A stretch of DNA of 64,000 nucleotides. Origin: Selaginella moellendorffii. Taxonomy: Eukaryota; Plantae; Lycopodiophyta. The notes below the pieces were generated by a model that did not search any database, had not been told where the DNA came from, and worked only from the letters and a program-made list of their open reading frames with translations. Shown piece by piece: positions 61,201-64,000 of this stretch. The position numbers and the translations under genes were made by a program. Position 1 is the first letter of the stretch. Each line of letters starts with the position of its first letter. The DNA lies in NCBI RefSeq assembly GCF_000143415.4, contig NW_003314329.1, forward strand, positions 931,763 through 995,762. The letters are read 5' to 3'.

Positions 61201-64000
61201 TGGGTCAACCAAATGTGGAACTCTATGAGACCCGGAGTGAAATATAAGTAAGTAAATACTACTATGGTTTTTTCTCTCTGACACGAAGTAATGGTTTTTC
61301 TTTCACAGTTGGCTGGCGCCCTTTCTCTATGTATTATACTACTGCATGACAACTTATGTTATCTTAAATCTTATTATTGCCGTCATCCTGGAGAGGAGCG
61401 AACTTACTGACAACCAAAAAAAACAGATACAACGAGTAAGTACCTGGTTTAATAAAAACTTCTGTCGATGATATTTTTCTCTTTCAGGTAGAACATATGA
61501 AACTACTGAGGCGGATGCATAGCAGGGCTTATATACGAAGCGGAAGCTGGGTTGTAGACGCTGTGGAAGGAGCCCAGGCCGGTTTCAAAAAGGTGGCATC
61601 TCGGGTTTTAAGCATGAATGTGAGGGCATTGAAAGACGGTAGCAGACGGGATGAACGAGAAAGAAGACGAACAAGGGATGGAGGATCTGAACCAGCCAGT
61701 AGTGGACAGTCGGAGCTTCCAGGGGCAGTTTCTGAGCAGCCAGCAGGCAATACAAGCGTCACATTACAGCCCTCAACATCTGCTGCTGCAGAAAAATCCC
61801 GCACCAGTTCTGAAGCAACATCAGAGAAGTTGCATCGCCGCTCTTCTCAAGTTATTCAAACGTCCGGCTTTCCAACCGATATTGGCGAAAGGCGGGAGTC
61901 GAGAACTGCACTAGAGAGCGCAGTTCTCACGCTTGCAACAATGACCAAGCCACCTGTCGTAAGGGCTCCAAGCAGAATGGACAGGAGGCTGAGCCGGAAA
62001 ATGAGTAGAACCGCCAGCAAAAGACAGTCGTTTCAGCTAGCTGAGTACGAGGAGCTTGAGAAGAGCATTGCAACTTTAGAGAGGCCGTGGTACTTGCAAG
62101 AAGGGTCACTTCTTCTGTTTGGACAAGGAAACGCCGTCAGGAACTTGTGCCAGCTAGTTGTGGGAAGTGTTTGGTGGTGGTGGTTCTCAATGTTTTGGGC
62201 TGTTATCAGCGTGTGGACTGTGGTCGAGATGAAGCCGAATGGCGATCCCCTCGTTCTCAAGTCCTTCCTGCCTGTACTGCACAACCTCGTGTTTGTGGTA
62301 AGCATCTCAGTTCCATGCTCTGATTTCTTATGCTATGTGATTGGAACAGGTATTCTTCGCGGAGCTTCTCATGAGAGTTATCTCTCAAGGCCTGATCTTC
62401 ACTCCCGACGCCTACATGGGGGACTTTTACAACCTGATCGACGTTTTTATACTTATCATCGACGCACTTAACATGAAAACTACGTGGAGCGAGAATTCAG
62501 CAAGGCCTATTCACGCTCTGCTTGCGCTCCGGCCGTTTCGATTCGTGTGTCGACTCACCGGGTTGAAGAGTTTATTCGGTAATCTAGTGAGTACCTGTCC
62601 GGCGATTGCGTCAGTTTTGCTATTCACTTTCACCATCTTTGCAATCTTCGGCTCTATCGCTATTCAACTCTTTCGTGGCCACCTTTACTCTTGTAACGAC
62701 ACTAATGTGAGTCACCGAGCCTACTGCACGGGCTATTACATCAACAAAGTCTCGCTTATGGCTCCTCGTGCATGGACCAATCCTACGTTCCACTTCGATG
62801 ACATTGGCAACGCTCTTCTCACCCTGTTTATCACGTCTAGCTTCGACAATTGGGTTGGAAACTGGTTATATCCGGTCATGGACATTGCTCCCGAGAATCA
62901 TCAGCCCCGCCGAAACCACAGCCCGGTTTACGCTCTTTTCATGGTGGCCTTTGTCTGCGCTGGAGGTTTTTTTATAATGCGAGTTTTCGTGGGAGTGTTC
63001 ATCAACGAGTTTGGAGTTAGATCCGGTTCCAAGCTTCTGACAGAACGGCAGAAGCTCTGGAGGGACATGAACCGTATAATTCAGAAGATGAGACAGAGAC
63101 CGGTGCCGCGGCCGCAGAAAGATCCCATCAGGAAGTTTTGCTATCATTTGGTCCATCATAAGTACTATCCCCACGGTATGGTAATCGTCATTCTTAGTTA
63201 CTGCGCATTTCTGGCCTCTCATGTTGCCAACCAGACCAAGGCAACCTCCAGAAGCCGGCAGAAACTTCATTGTTTCTACACAACTCTCTTCTTGGTAGAG
63301 ATGTTGCTGAAGATAATTGGTAATGAGGTGAGTACAATCAACAACAAACTCTCGGCTACTCTTCTAACTTCTTTCTTTTTCTTTTTCGGTGAGTGCAGTT
63401 TAGCGTTTACAAACATGACCACGCTAGTCATTTGGAAGCTGCGCTCTCCTTGACAGCTGCTGCGTGTTTGTTGCCTAAGAAAGGCTCGCCTCGTCAAACT
63501 ATAGGCCGCGTTGCATACAGCTTGCGGCTTTTTTGCCTTATTCCTCACATTCCAAGGGCCCGGGTGCTGATAAACACTATAATCGTCTGCTTCCCAAGCA
63601 TGGCAGAGATCATGGCTCTTCTCATGATCTGCCTCTTCGCGTTCTCGGGCATTGGCTTTCAAATGTTTAGCCAAGTGAAGGATGGAGTTTGCATTGGGCC
63701 TGCCATCAACTTCAGGAGCTTTGTAAACTCGTTCATCACCGTATTTCAGGTGCACAATGTTTTCACAAGTTGGCACAGATTAACTCTGTAGTCTTACAGG
63801 TGACAACTGCTGATAACTGGTCTTGCATTATGGGCGATGTTATGGTGGCGCCGCCATACTGCACGAAAGGTTCGTCGCTAATGGCAAACGACTGCGGTTT
63901 TCCTGTAGCGGGCGTTGTCTACTTTGTGGCGCTCATCGTCGTGGCAAACAACATATTCATGAACTTGTTCGTGGCTATTATCTTGGACGTGATCACTTTC
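58222..64000 (+). CDS. Four-domain (4x6TM) voltage-gated-type cation channel alpha subunit (Cav/Nav/NALCN superfamily); 3' end outside the window
   Basis: DI: YLRDPYNRLDFVIV, RAFRAL, GNPNWGSTNFD...FQ|VISLEGW. DII: NVFDVFVI, PRGNHDS...TTGESW. DIII: ALRPFR, FRGHLYSCND, FHFDDIGNALLTLFITSSFDNW. DIV: INFRSFVNSFITVFQ|VTTADNW, NDCG, FMNLFVAIILD. Many short introns. Confidence 0.93.

Overview
Plant nuclear DNA, most likely a lycophyte such as Selaginella (inferred from very short ~45-70 nt introns, tight gene packing, the PLS-PPR style and the gene content; not verified). It has two halves. About 1-35.5 kb is a nest of dead LTR retroelements: two Ty3/gypsy family A copies, three deleted copies of a short-LTR chromodomain gypsy family B, a solo LTR, a young TRIM, and 5S-rRNA-bearing Cassandra-type TRIMs (a 3-LTR array and an old decayed copy). 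It also holds Crinkler-like and PPR gene fragments. About 35.8-64 kb is gene-dense: a secreted cyanovirin-N-homolog (CVNH) lectin missed by the ORF track, NIPA Mg transporter, JAGGED-like C2H2 zinc finger, SUN protein, DnaJ/Jiv90 protein, AMS-like bHLH, an orphan secreted protein, RWDD2, a multi-pass membrane protein, a B3 Raf-like MAPKKK, a PLS-E PPR, and a four-domain voltage-gated-type cation channel with an EEDD filter that runs off the window end. The best leads are the 4-domain channel, the two TRIM families that appear to carry Pol III promoter elements (5S-type and tRNA-type), and the CVNH gene. All family assignments come from motif recognition by eye; no searches were run.
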